Assembly (NCBI GenBank): GCA_037441385.1
Contig: JBBISH010000104.1
Coordinates: 1 to 22,610, forward strand
From: Myxococcales bacterium
GTDB lineage: Bacteria; Myxococcota_A; UBA9042
Length of the DNA: 22,610 nt
Direction: 5' to 3'
The notes under the pieces were generated by a model. The model did not search any database. It saw only the letters and a program-made list of their open reading frames with translations, and had not been told where the DNA came from. The position numbers and the translations under genes are program-made. Positions 1 to 7,850 of this stretch are shown here, piece by piece (the stretch's first letter is position 1; every line of letters begins with the position of its first letter).

Positions 1-62
1 ACACCCACGTGCAGCGCGACCGACTGCGCGAGATCTACGACCGCTTCCACCCGCGGGCGTAG
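1..62 (+). CDS. 3' end of a XerD/XerC-type tyrosine recombinase (partial; runs off the window start)
   Basis: Frame from position 3 reads THVQRDRLREIYDRFHPRA-stop (TAG 60-62). This matches the Xer C-terminus (Y)THV...L...Y...HPRA, and the leading 'AC' fits the TAC codon of the catalytic Tyr. Too short to tell XerD from XerC; not in the ORF track. Confidence 0.85.
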   Translation, partial: THVQRDRLREIYDRFHPRA

Positions 63-68
63 CTCAGG

Positions 69-1124
69 CTACGATCGGGTCCCCCGCGTCAGCCACCAGC
101 GCAGGCCCACGACCACGGTGAGGACCACCCCGATCAGCGCGACGCCGATCTCGATGTCCTCGGTGGCGCGCACCAAGATCGCACCCGCCGTCAGTACCGC
201 GCACATGCCGTAGAGCAGCGTCACCGCTTGCCGGTGGGTCAGGCCGCGGGCGATCAGCCGGTGGTGGATGTGCTGCCGGTCGCTCTGGAACGGCGACTGA
301 CCGCGCAACGCTCGCCGGGCAAAGGCGATCGCCGTGTCAGCCAGCGGCAGACCCAGCGCCAGCAGCGGCAGCACCAACGCCAGGGCCGAGGCACGTCGCG
401 AGGCGCTCCACAAGCCCGCGACTGCGAACACGTAGCCCAAGGTCATGCTGCCCGAGTCGCCCATGAAGATCATCGCGGGCGAGAAATTGAACAGCAAAAA
501 GCCCAGGGCGGCCCCGCCGGTGACCGCGCCAATCAGCTGCAGCATCGGTACCGCGTCGATAAAGGCAATCCCAAAAAGCGCCACCGAGGCAAACACCGCC
601 ACGCCCGCCGCCAGCCCGTCCAGCCCGTCGATGAGGTTCATGGCGTTGGCAAAGCCCGCCACCCACAGGACGGTCAGCGGCAAGGACCACAGACCCATAT
701 GGTACGGTTGATCGAATAGGGTGAAGTGATCGACGCGCAGATCGCTCTGCCACAGGATCAGCGCGACCAGCGATTGCACACCTAGCTTGCCCCAGGCCCC
801 GACGCCCTTGATGTCGTCGTACAGGCCCAGGGCCAAGATGGCCGCAAAGCCCGCCAAGAACGCGACCAACCGCTCTTCGTCGCGCTGGATCACCTGCGAG
901 AAGTCGTTGCCGTACAGGACCAGACCGATGAGCGGCGCCAGGATGCCGACCGCGATCGCCAGGCCCCCGGTGCGCGGCGTGGGCGCGGCATGGACCTTGC
1001 GATCGCCGTCGGGCTGGTCGTACAGGTGCAAGCGGCGTGACCACGCCAACACGACCGGCGTGAGCAGGGCCACGACGCCCAGAGCAACCAAGAAGGCGAA
1101 TAGGTAGACTTTGCGCACGCTCAA
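69..1124 (-). CDS. MraY-family glycosyltransferase (WecA/TagO-like undecaprenyl-phosphate GlcNAc-1-phosphate transferase)
   Basis: Multi-TM protein with RKVH..PTPRTGG, GLYDD, NAMNLIDGLDGLA, NFSPAMIFMGDSGS and DRQHIHH (the HIHH is typical of WecA). Start is TTG 1124 or GTG 1118. Confidence 0.92.
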   Translation of the reverse strand: MSVRKVYLFAFLVALGVVALLTPVVLAWSRRLHLYDQPDGDRKVHAAPTPRTGGLAIAVGILAPLIGLVLYGNDFSQVIQRDEERLVAFLAGFAAILALGLYDDIKGVGAWGKLGVQSLVALILWQSDLRVDHFTLFDQPYHMGLWSLPLTVLWVAGFANAMNLIDGLDGLAAGVAVFASVALFGIAFIDAVPMLQLIGAVTGGAALGFLLFNFSPAMIFMGDSGSMTLGYVFAVAGLWSASRRASALALVLPLLALGLPLADTAIAFARRALRGQSPFQSDRQHIHHRLIARGLTHRQAVTLLYGMCAVLTAGAILVRATEDIEIGVALIGVVLTVVVGLRWWLTRGTRS

Positions 1125-1184
1125 GTTCCAGACTGGCGGCCGTCGCCAAGCTTCTCTGTTGAGTTGCCGGTCGCGCGGCTGGGG

Positions 1185-1213
1185 ATCCTAGATTCCCCGA
1201 GGAAAATACTCAA
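1185..1213 (-). promoter_or_regulatory. sigma70-type promoter for the wecA-like gene
   Basis: Minus strand TTGAGT-17 bp-TAGGAT in an AT-richer gap, about 60 bp upstream of the start. Confidence 0.55.
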
Positions 1214-1227
1214 TTCGGTCGCTCTGC

Positions 1228-1761
1228 CTATTTCACCCGTCGCAGGTGGCCGGCGCGCGGCGGCGAGGTGGTGGGTCCGTCGGCACCGCCCGCGATGGCG
1301 CGTAGGCCTGGGCGGGCCGGTGGCGGCTCTTGTGGAGCGGCGGTTGTGGAGGGCGCCGGCTCGGCGGTGACCACCGGTTTGGCCTTGGCGGCTCGCGGGG
1401 TTCGCGGCTTGGGCGCCTTGGGTGCCGCCGCCGCGGGCACGACTTCGCCGGGCACCTCGTCCTGCCAGATGTAGCCCTGGGTGCGCGATGGGTCGGTGAC
1501 CGCGAACACGGCCGACCACGGCACGCGGCAGAAGTAGGGCTGGCCGCTGAACGACAGCGAGGCCTCGACCATCTCGTCGTCAAAGCGGAAATCCGACACG
1601 CCGTAGCGCCAGGAGTAGTTGAGCACGAGCCAAGCCTGCCCAGCCAGATGCGGCGGAACCATCACCTCGGCCCGGCGCGCGTCCAAGTGCAGTGCGGCGA
1701 TCCCTTGCTGCAGTAATTCGTCGAATACTTTTCGTTTTTGCAGATTGCGCAGCGCGGTCAC
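1228..1761 (-). CDS. sspB: ClpXP protease specificity-enhancing factor SspB family protein (~177 aa)
   Basis: LHLDARRAEVMVP, LVLNYS, ASLSFSGQPYFCRVPWSAVFAV, then a Pro/Ala linker and C-terminal HLRRVK resembling the ClpX-binding tail. The real start is probably GTG 1761, overlapping the GNAT stop (GTGA); the tracked extension to 2352 is spurious. Confidence 0.85.
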   Translation of the reverse strand: MTALRNLQKRKVFDELLQQGIAALHLDARRAEVMVPPHLAGQAWLVLNYSWRYGVSDFRFDDEMVEASLSFSGQPYFCRVPWSAVFAVTDPSRTQGYIWQDEVPGEVVPAAAAPKAPKPRTPRAAKAKPVVTAEPAPSTTAAPQEPPPARPGLRAIAGGADGPTTSPPRAGHLRRVK

Positions 1762-2246
1762 GGTGTGTCTTCCTCGCTCTCCCATTCCATGCGGTAGTAG
1801 AAGCGCTCGCGGCCCAGCCGGCGGAACCCCAGCGATCGGTACAGCAGGGCCGCCGGGGCGTTGCCGTGATAGGCCTCTAGATCGATGCCGGCCAAGCCGT
1901 CGCGGCGGGCTACCTCGAGCAACTGTTCGACCAGCAGCCGGCCCAGGCCCCGCTGGCGCGCCGACTTGCCCACATACAGCTCTTCGATCCACAGCGACCA
2001 GCCCGAGAATTTCACCGACGGCACTCGGCTGGCCACGAGCACGCCCACGGCGGCCCCGCCCGCTTCGCCGCGCACGACCAGAATGACCGAACGGTTGTCG
2101 CGCACGAGCTCGTCGAACACGGCCGAAAGCGCAGGGGGATGCACGGGCAGGTGCAGATCCGTCAGATCTTCGGCAAAAAGTTCGATGACGGCGTCGCGAT
2201 CGCCGGGCACGGCCCGCTCGACCATGGCGGCTGTGGCAATTCCCAT
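1758..2246 (-). CDS. GNAT-family N-acetyltransferase (~162 aa)
   Basis: WIEELYV...RQRGLGRLL acetyl-CoA motif and N..A..LY.SLGF motif. ATG 2246 is preceded by GGAGG. Confidence 0.9.
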   Translation of the reverse strand: MGIATAAMVERAVPGDRDAVIELFAEDLTDLHLPVHPPALSAVFDELVRDNRSVILVVRGEAGGAAVGVLVASRVPSVKFSGWSLWIEELYVGKSARQRGLGRLLVEQLLEVARRDGLAGIDLEAYHGNAPAALLYRSLGFRRLGRERFYYRMEWESEEDTP

Positions 2247-2428
2247 CTTGGCCTCCGCGCGTGCCTGCCGCGGGTCCGTTCCCAGGCATTGTGGCGGCGC
2301 TGCGTCTGGTTCCGTCGCCAACGCGACCGCGCCTCCAGATCGGCCCGCACATGATACACTCACGCTGGCCCGTACCGGAAGCGCCCGGCCGATTGGGTCG
2401 GCTTGGTTCGGACGCGGCGGCGTGCTAT

Positions 2429-2481
2429 TAGTTCAAATGCCTCCGGCACCCGGTATGCATGAAAACCGGGCATTTGAACTA
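2429..2481. repeat. Perfect 13-bp inverted repeat TAGTTCAAATGCC / GGCATTTGAACTA with a 27-bp spacer
   Basis: Arms at 2429-2441 and 2469-2481, read directly. The spacer holds an inner CCGGT/ACCGG stem. Confidence 0.85.
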
Positions 2482-2575
2482 GGCGGCCGTGGCTACGGCC
2501 GTACGCGGGGGTCGCAGGGGGCGGCGCGTCCCCTTGGCCTTTTGTACTTAGGCTTGCGAGAACCGGAGGAACCCG

Positions 2576-3241
2576 ATGGCTGCGCCCAGTCTTGCACCCG
2601 CTCAGACCCCAACTTGGATCGCGCTGGCCCTGGCCCTGCTGGCGGCTTGCTCGGGCGCCGCGGTGCAAGACGAACCCAAGCACGCGGGCGGCCCCGACAT
2701 CGCGCCACGCCGCGAGGCCACGCCGGCCGAGGCACCGCGCGATCCCGCCCCGCCCGCAGAGCCGGCGCGCGACAGTGGCAAGCCCGCCGCGGACGCGAAA
2801 CCGGCCGAGCCGCCAAGCGATCCCGGCAAGCCTGCCAAGCCCGCCGCCATGCCCACCGCCCTGGGCGAAGTGAGCACCTTCCCCGAAGGGACGCCCGACG
2901 GCACCCTGCGCGCCGCGCTGGCCTGCGCGTTGGACGACTTGGGCGACAGCCAGGCCTTTTCGTGCTACGCGAACTTGAACGTGACCCGCAACCGCGACAC
3001 GGACATCGCCGTCGCCCAGCTGCGCGCCTACAACTGGAAGCACTTCCGCCAATTTGCCGCAAGTTACGTGGTGCACGACAAGCCGTTTACGGTGCGCATT
3101 ACCCGCCGCGACCTGGAGCCGAGCAGCGCCGAGGCCAAGACCGTCAAGCTGTTCTTGTTCTCCAAGTCGCGCGACTTCCCGGCGCCGGTCACCTTGGAGC
3201 GCGAGGGCGGTGTGTGGCGGATATCCTATAACTCACTGTAA
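2576..3241 (+). CDS. Putative lipoprotein of unknown function (221 aa)
   Basis: GGAGGA RBS, hydrophobic stretch with lipobox LAAC, Pro/Ala linker, and a globular C-terminal ~125 aa with two Cys ending TLEREGGVWRISYNSL. Confidence 0.75.
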   Translation: MAAPSLAPAQTPTWIALALALLAACSGAAVQDEPKHAGGPDIAPRREATPAEAPRDPAPPAEPARDSGKPAADAKPAEPPSDPGKPAKPAAMPTALGEVSTFPEGTPDGTLRAALACALDDLGDSQAFSCYANLNVTRNRDTDIAVAQLRAYNWKHFRQFAASYVVHDKPFTVRITRRDLEPSSAEAKTVKLFLFSKSRDFPAPVTLEREGGVWRISYNSL

Positions 3242-3309
3242 CTAAATCATACCAGTTCCGTCCGAATCGGATCGAAAACTCGGGCAATTCTTCGGGCCCG
3301 AACCGGGGT

Positions 3310-3375
3310 CCCCGCCTGATTCTCGCCGGTTGCAGACCGGGTCAGAGAAGCCGTACAGGCGTGAATCAGACGGGG
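3310..3375. repeat. 18-bp imperfect inverted repeat between convergent genes (possible terminator or structured RNA)
   Basis: CCCCGCCTGATTCTCGCC (3310-3327) versus GGCGTGAATCAGACGGGG (3358-3375). Two mismatches, one of which is a G-U pair on the minus strand. Confidence 0.65.
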
Positions 3376-3385
3376 TTCGTATCAG

Positions 3386-6300
3386 TTATCCGTAGACCAT
3401 CGCGCCGCGGCCCAAGATGCGCTCCACGGCGCCCACCAGTTCGTCGCCCGGCTGCACCAAGAAGCGTTCGCTCGCGTCGATCACCACGTCGCCCTGACCT
3501 TCGACGTGGACCAGCAGCCGCAGGCGCGCCGGCCCCTTGCACGCCGCCACCGCGTCCGACAGCGCCTTGAGCTTGGCCGGCACGCATTGATCGGGCGCCA
3601 GCCGCACCGTCAGGCGCTCGACCTCGTCTTTCATCACCTCGTCGAGAAGGGCCGCTTTTTCGATGCGCAGCGAGACCTTGTTGGCCTCTTTGCGGTCCTC
3701 GCCCACCTGCAGCGTCAGCAGCAGCGGTTGATCGCCCTTGAGCAGTTCGCCGAACTGGTCCAGGCCGTCAAAGCTCAGGGCTTCGGCCTGGCCCGAGCGA
3801 TCTTCGAGCATGGTGATGCCCATGCGGCGTCCATCGTTCAGCGGCCGCTCTTTGTGGGCGACCACCACCACCGCGGCGGTCGCGGTCATGCGGCGCGGTC
3901 GCGGCGGCGCGTTGGGATCCTGGGGCCCGCGCGGCGGCGGCGCGTTGGCCTGGAAGTACTCCCAGTCTTTGAGCTGGGCCAGGTTGCGCACCTGCAGGCG
4001 GTGCAGGTCCTTGGCGTAGCGGTCCAGCGGGTGGCCGGACACGTAGAAGCCCAGCACTTCCTTCTCGTTGGCCAGGATCTGCCGCTGTGTCCATTGCTCG
4101 GTGGCCGGTTGGTACTTGTCGGGGTGCAACTCCTCGTCGCCGAACAACGACGGCGTCTTGCCGCGCTTGGCCGAGTCTTGCGCCAGCTCGACCGCCAGGC
4201 CCAGGTTGCTCCACAGCACGTCGCGCTCGGCGCCCAGACCATCGCACGCGCCGGCCTTGATCAGCACTTCCAGCGACTTCTTGTTGACCTTGCGCGTATC
4301 GACCCGCCGCAGCAGATCGAACAGTGACTCGAACGGCCCGGACTTGCGCGCCTCCATCAGCACGTCGATGGCGCCTTCGCCCAGGCCCTTGATCGCGCCC
4401 AGGCCAAACCGGACGCGGCCTTGCGCCACACTGAACGACAGCTGCGACTCGTTGACGTCGGGCGGCAGGATCTGGATCCCGCCCTGGCGCGCCTGCTGCA
4501 AGTAGCCAACGATGCGATCGGTGTCGTCCTTGTCGCGCGTCAGCAAAGCTGCATAGAATTCAACGGGATAATTGGCCTTCAGCCACGCGGTTTGATAGGT
4601 GATCAGGCCGTAGGCGGCCGAGTGCGACTTGTTGAAGCCGTACTCGGCGAACTTGGCCATCAGCGCGAAGATCTTGTCCGCCACCTCCATGGCCACGTCG
4701 CCGCGTTTCTCACAGCCCTTCTTGAAGTCCTCGCCCCACTTGGCCATCTCGGCGGGCTTCTTCTTGCCCATGGCGCGGCGCAGCAGGTCGGCTTGGCCCA
4801 GGCTGAAACCACCCAGGATCTGCGCCACTTGCATGACCTGTTCCTGGTAGACGATCACGCCATAGGTCTCGCCCAGCACCGTGGCCAGCGCCGGGTGGTC
4901 GAACTCGGTCTCTTGGCGGCCGTGCTTGCGGTCGATGTAGACCTTGTCCATGCCCATGCCCAGCGGGCCCGGCCGGTACAGCGCGCCCGAGGCGACCAAG
5001 TCCTCGAACACCGTGGGCTTCATCGCCACCATCATGCGCGTAAAGCCTGGAGATTCGCACTGGAAAATCCCCGCCGTGTCGCCCTTGCTGATCACCTCGA
5101 AGGCCTTGACGTCGTCCAGCGGCACGGTCGCGATATCGAACGGCCTTTCGCCCGGCTTTTGGCCTTGGCGGATCAGCTGCACGCAGTGGGCGATCATGGT
5201 CAGGTTCGACAGGCCCAGGAAGTCGAACTTGACGAGGCCCGCCTTCTCGACGTCGTCCTTGTCAAATTGCGTGACGTTTTCGCCACTTTGACCGCGCCCC
5301 ACTGGCACATGGGTCCACAGCGGGCCGCGGCCAATCACCACGCCCGCCGCGTGCATGCCGGTGCCGCGCATCGACCCTTCCAGCAACTGCGCCGTCTCGA
5401 GCAATTGCCGAATAGGCTCGCTCTGCTCCATGTTCTGCAGCAGGCGCGGATCGCGCTGCATGGCGTCTTCTACGGTCTTGTGTTTGTCGTCTTTGACCCC
5501 TTCCAGCGCCGTGTCGATGATTTTGGCGATCGCGTCGACCTCGGGCAGCGGCACCCCCAGCACGCGGCCCACGTCGCGCACCGCGCCCTTGGCCTTGAGC
5601 GTGCCAAAGGTGGCGATCTGGCCCACGCGCTCGGCGCCATAGCGCTCGGACACGTAGCGGATCACCTCGGTGCGGCGGTCCTCGCAAAAATCGACGTCGA
5701 AGTCGGGCATCGACACGCGCTCGGGGTTCAGGAAGCGCTCGAACAGCAGTTTGTACGGGATCGGATCCAGGTCGGTGATGCGCAGCGAGTAGGCCACCAG
5801 CGAGCCGGCACCGGAACCACGGCCGGGTCCCACGGGAATGTCGTGTTCTTTGGCCCAGTTGATGAAGTCTTGCACGATCAGGAAGTAGCCCGGGAAGTCC
5901 ATCTTTTGGATGGTGCCGATCTCGAATTCCAGCCGCTGCCAATACACGTCGCGGTCGACGATCTTGCCGATGCGCTCGAACTCCGCGAACCGCCTCTCCA
6001 AGCCGGCGCGGCTCATCTCGCAAAACGTGTCGAACTCCGTCTTGCCCTCGGCCACCGGGAAGCGGGGCAGCATCGGCTTGTGGTCGATCTTGTACGACTC
6101 GCAGCGCTCGGCGATCTCGACAGTGGCGTCGCACAGATGGTCCATGTCGGCAAAACGCCGGCGCATTTCCTCGGGCGAGGCCAGGTCCAGCTGCTCGGTG
6201 GGCAAGCGCTGATTCTCGGGCCGCGCTTGGGTGCCCAGGCCAATGCACATCAGCACTTCGTGGGCGCGGGCGTCGCTGGGCCGCAGGTAGTGCACGTCGT

Positions 6301-6901
6301 TGGTCGCCACGCATGGGATGCCCAGCTGGCGCCCCAGGTCCAGCAGCTGCGGCGCCACGATGTCGTGCTCTTGCAGGCCCGAGCGCTGCACTTCGATGAA
6401 GAAGTTGCCTGGTGAAAACCAAGACTTGTAGCGTTCAGCCGCGCGCCAGGCCTCGTCGGGTTCGCCGCGCAGCAAGGCGTTGGCCAGCTCGCCGGACAAA
6501 TCGCCCGACAGGCCAATGAGCCCCGCCGTGTGCTCGCGCAGCGTCGCCGGGTCCAGGCGCGGGCGCACCCCCTCGGGAACCCGGAGGTTCGCCATCGAAA
6601 TCAAGTGGATCAAGTTCAGGTAGCCGGTCTCGTTTTCGGCCAGCAGCGTCAGGTTGTGGGTGCGGCGCACGTGCTCGCCGATCGGTCGGTTGGCGATGGC
6701 GATGCAGCAGCCAAAAATCGGCTTGATGCCCGCCTCTTTGCACGCGTTGGCAAAGTCGATGGCGCCGTGGAGGTTGCCATGATCAGTGATCGCCAGCGCC
6801 GGCATCTTGTGCTCGGCCGCGAAGCGAACCGCGTCGGCAATCCGCAAGGTGGCGTCCGCTATGGAGTATTGCGTATGGACGTGCAGGTGGACGAAGCTCA
6901 T
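3386..6901 (-). CDS. dnaE: DNA polymerase III subunit alpha (1171 aa)
   Basis: PHP domain (FVHLHVHTQYS, ITDH, TNDVHY), GPGRGSGAGS, LLFERFLNPERVSMPDFDVDF, KFDFLGL, YGFNKSHSAAY, internal clamp-motif-like PSLF, C-terminal OB fold. No intein-sized insertion. Confidence 0.98.
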   Translation of the reverse strand: MSFVHLHVHTQYSIADATLRIADAVRFAAEHKMPALAITDHGNLHGAIDFANACKEAGIKPIFGCCIAIANRPIGEHVRRTHNLTLLAENETGYLNLIHLISMANLRVPEGVRPRLDPATLREHTAGLIGLSGDLSGELANALLRGEPDEAWRAAERYKSWFSPGNFFIEVQRSGLQEHDIVAPQLLDLGRQLGIPCVATNDVHYLRPSDARAHEVLMCIGLGTQARPENQRLPTEQLDLASPEEMRRRFADMDHLCDATVEIAERCESYKIDHKPMLPRFPVAEGKTEFDTFCEMSRAGLERRFAEFERIGKIVDRDVYWQRLEFEIGTIQKMDFPGYFLIVQDFINWAKEHDIPVGPGRGSGAGSLVAYSLRITDLDPIPYKLLFERFLNPERVSMPDFDVDFCEDRRTEVIRYVSERYGAERVGQIATFGTLKAKGAVRDVGRVLGVPLPEVDAIAKIIDTALEGVKDDKHKTVEDAMQRDPRLLQNMEQSEPIRQLLETAQLLEGSMRGTGMHAAGVVIGRGPLWTHVPVGRGQSGENVTQFDKDDVEKAGLVKFDFLGLSNLTMIAHCVQLIRQGQKPGERPFDIATVPLDDVKAFEVISKGDTAGIFQCESPGFTRMMVAMKPTVFEDLVASGALYRPGPLGMGMDKVYIDRKHGRQETEFDHPALATVLGETYGVIVYQEQVMQVAQILGGFSLGQADLLRRAMGKKKPAEMAKWGEDFKKGCEKRGDVAMEVADKIFALMAKFAEYGFNKSHSAAYGLITYQTAWLKANYPVEFYAALLTRDKDDTDRIVGYLQQARQGGIQILPPDVNESQLSFSVAQGRVRFGLGAIKGLGEGAIDVLMEARKSGPFESLFDLLRRVDTRKVNKKSLEVLIKAGACDGLGAERDVLWSNLGLAVELAQDSAKRGKTPSLFGDEELHPDKYQPATEQWTQRQILANEKEVLGFYVSGHPLDRYAKDLHRLQVRNLAQLKDWEYFQANAPPPRGPQDPNAPPRPRRMTATAAVVVVAHKERPLNDGRRMGITMLEDRSGQAEALSFDGLDQFGELLKGDQPLLLTLQVGEDRKEANKVSLRIEKAALLDEVMKDEVERLTVRLAPDQCVPAKLKALSDAVAACKGPARLRLLVHVEGQGDVVIDASERFLVQPGDELVGAVERILGRGAMVYG

Positions 6902-6935
6902 GGTGCGTGCAGGCTAGCCGATCCTGCGCCGTACT

Positions 6936-7841
6936 TCAGCCTCGTTTTCGTCGCGCCGCGGGCAGCTGTCCCAACTTCTCCAGCTGCTTGGCTTCTTGCC
7001 ACAGCGCCTCCAACTCGTCCAAGCTGGCCTTGTGCTGGCGGCCCCACTGCGACTCGGCCTGCCGCTCCACATGCCCGAAGCGGTTGGTAAAACGGTCCAG
7101 GGTCTGGCGCAGGCCCAACTCGGCGTCCACGCCCAGGTGGCGGGCCAGGTTGGCCATGGCGAACAGCAGATCGCCCAGCTCGTCCTGCATCGCCGCCCGA
7201 TCGCCTTGCGCTTCCGCCTCGCGCAGCTCGGCCATCTCTTCGTGGATCTTGGCCCAGACCCCGGTCGCGTCCGGCCAGTCAAAGCCGATCCGCGCAGCCT
7301 TGTCGCCGACGCGCTGGGCCCGCAGCAAGCCCGGCAGGCTGCTTGGCACGCCGTCCAGCGCTCCTTTGCCCTCTTGGCGCTTCTGCTGCTCCCAGCGATC
7401 GCGGACCTCGCCCGCGTTGTCGGCGACGGCCTCGCCAAACACGTGCGGGTGGCGGCGGATCATCTTGTCGGCGATGCCGTGCGCCACTGCGTCCAGGTCG
7501 AACCAGCCGCATTCACGCGCAATCTGCGATTGAAACGCCACCTGGAGCAGCACGTCGCCCAGCTCTTCGCGCAGATCGGCCACGGCCGCCGGATCCGCTT
7601 GCGCCGCGCCGGCTTCGATGGCCACCGCGTCGCGGCGACCGGCCTCGCCCAGGCCGTCGATGGCCTCCAGCAGCTCGTGCGACTCTTCGATGAGGTAGGT
7701 GCGCAGGGTCGCCAGGCTCTGCTCGCGATCCCACGGGCAACCGCCGGGCGCGCGCAGCCGGGACATGACCCACACCAGCTGGTCAACGCCGGAGCCGGAT
7801 CGCTTGCCGGCCCCTTCTTGCACTGGGCTTGGCGTGGTCAA
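6936..7841 (-). CDS. mazG: Nucleoside triphosphate pyrophosphohydrolase MazG (tandem-domain)
   Basis: LRAPGGCPWDREQS, EESHE, EELGDVLLQV, KMIRRHPHVFG and second domain EEMAE/DELGDLLFA/FTNRF. Start (TTG 7841) uncertain. Confidence 0.95.
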   Translation of the reverse strand: MTTPSPVQEGAGKRSGSGVDQLVWVMSRLRAPGGCPWDREQSLATLRTYLIEESHELLEAIDGLGEAGRRDAVAIEAGAAQADPAAVADLREELGDVLLQVAFQSQIARECGWFDLDAVAHGIADKMIRRHPHVFGEAVADNAGEVRDRWEQQKRQEGKGALDGVPSSLPGLLRAQRVGDKAARIGFDWPDATGVWAKIHEEMAELREAEAQGDRAAMQDELGDLLFAMANLARHLGVDAELGLRQTLDRFTNRFGHVERQAESQWGRQHKASLDELEALWQEAKQLEKLGQLPAARRKRG

Positions 7842-7850
7842 GATCGCGTC

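Noticed and set aside
1762..2352. sspB frame open across the whole GNAT gene (possible dual coding or frameshift fusion)
   Set aside because: The extension is Arg/Gly/Pro-rich noise typical of off-frames in GC-rich DNA, and a clean GTGA overlap explains the sspB start.
1885..3231. 448-aa plus-strand ORF
   Set aside because: Low-complexity shadow ORF overlapping the GNAT antisense and the lipoprotein off-frame; no motifs.
4421..6415. 664-aa ORF antisense to dnaE (similarly 6996-9242, 9436-10503, 11536-13302, 16797-18422, 21124-22530)
   Set aside because: Antisense shadow frames caused by high-GC3 codon bias in the real genes; no recognisable domains.
3386..6901. Intein or DnaE2/ImuABC mutasome
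   Set aside because: Length and motif spacing are normal for a replicative DnaE, and there are no imuA/imuB neighbours.
6936..7841. MazG as part of a toxin-antitoxin or anti-phage system
   Set aside because: Tandem-domain housekeeping type, with no mazEF or defence genes adjacent.
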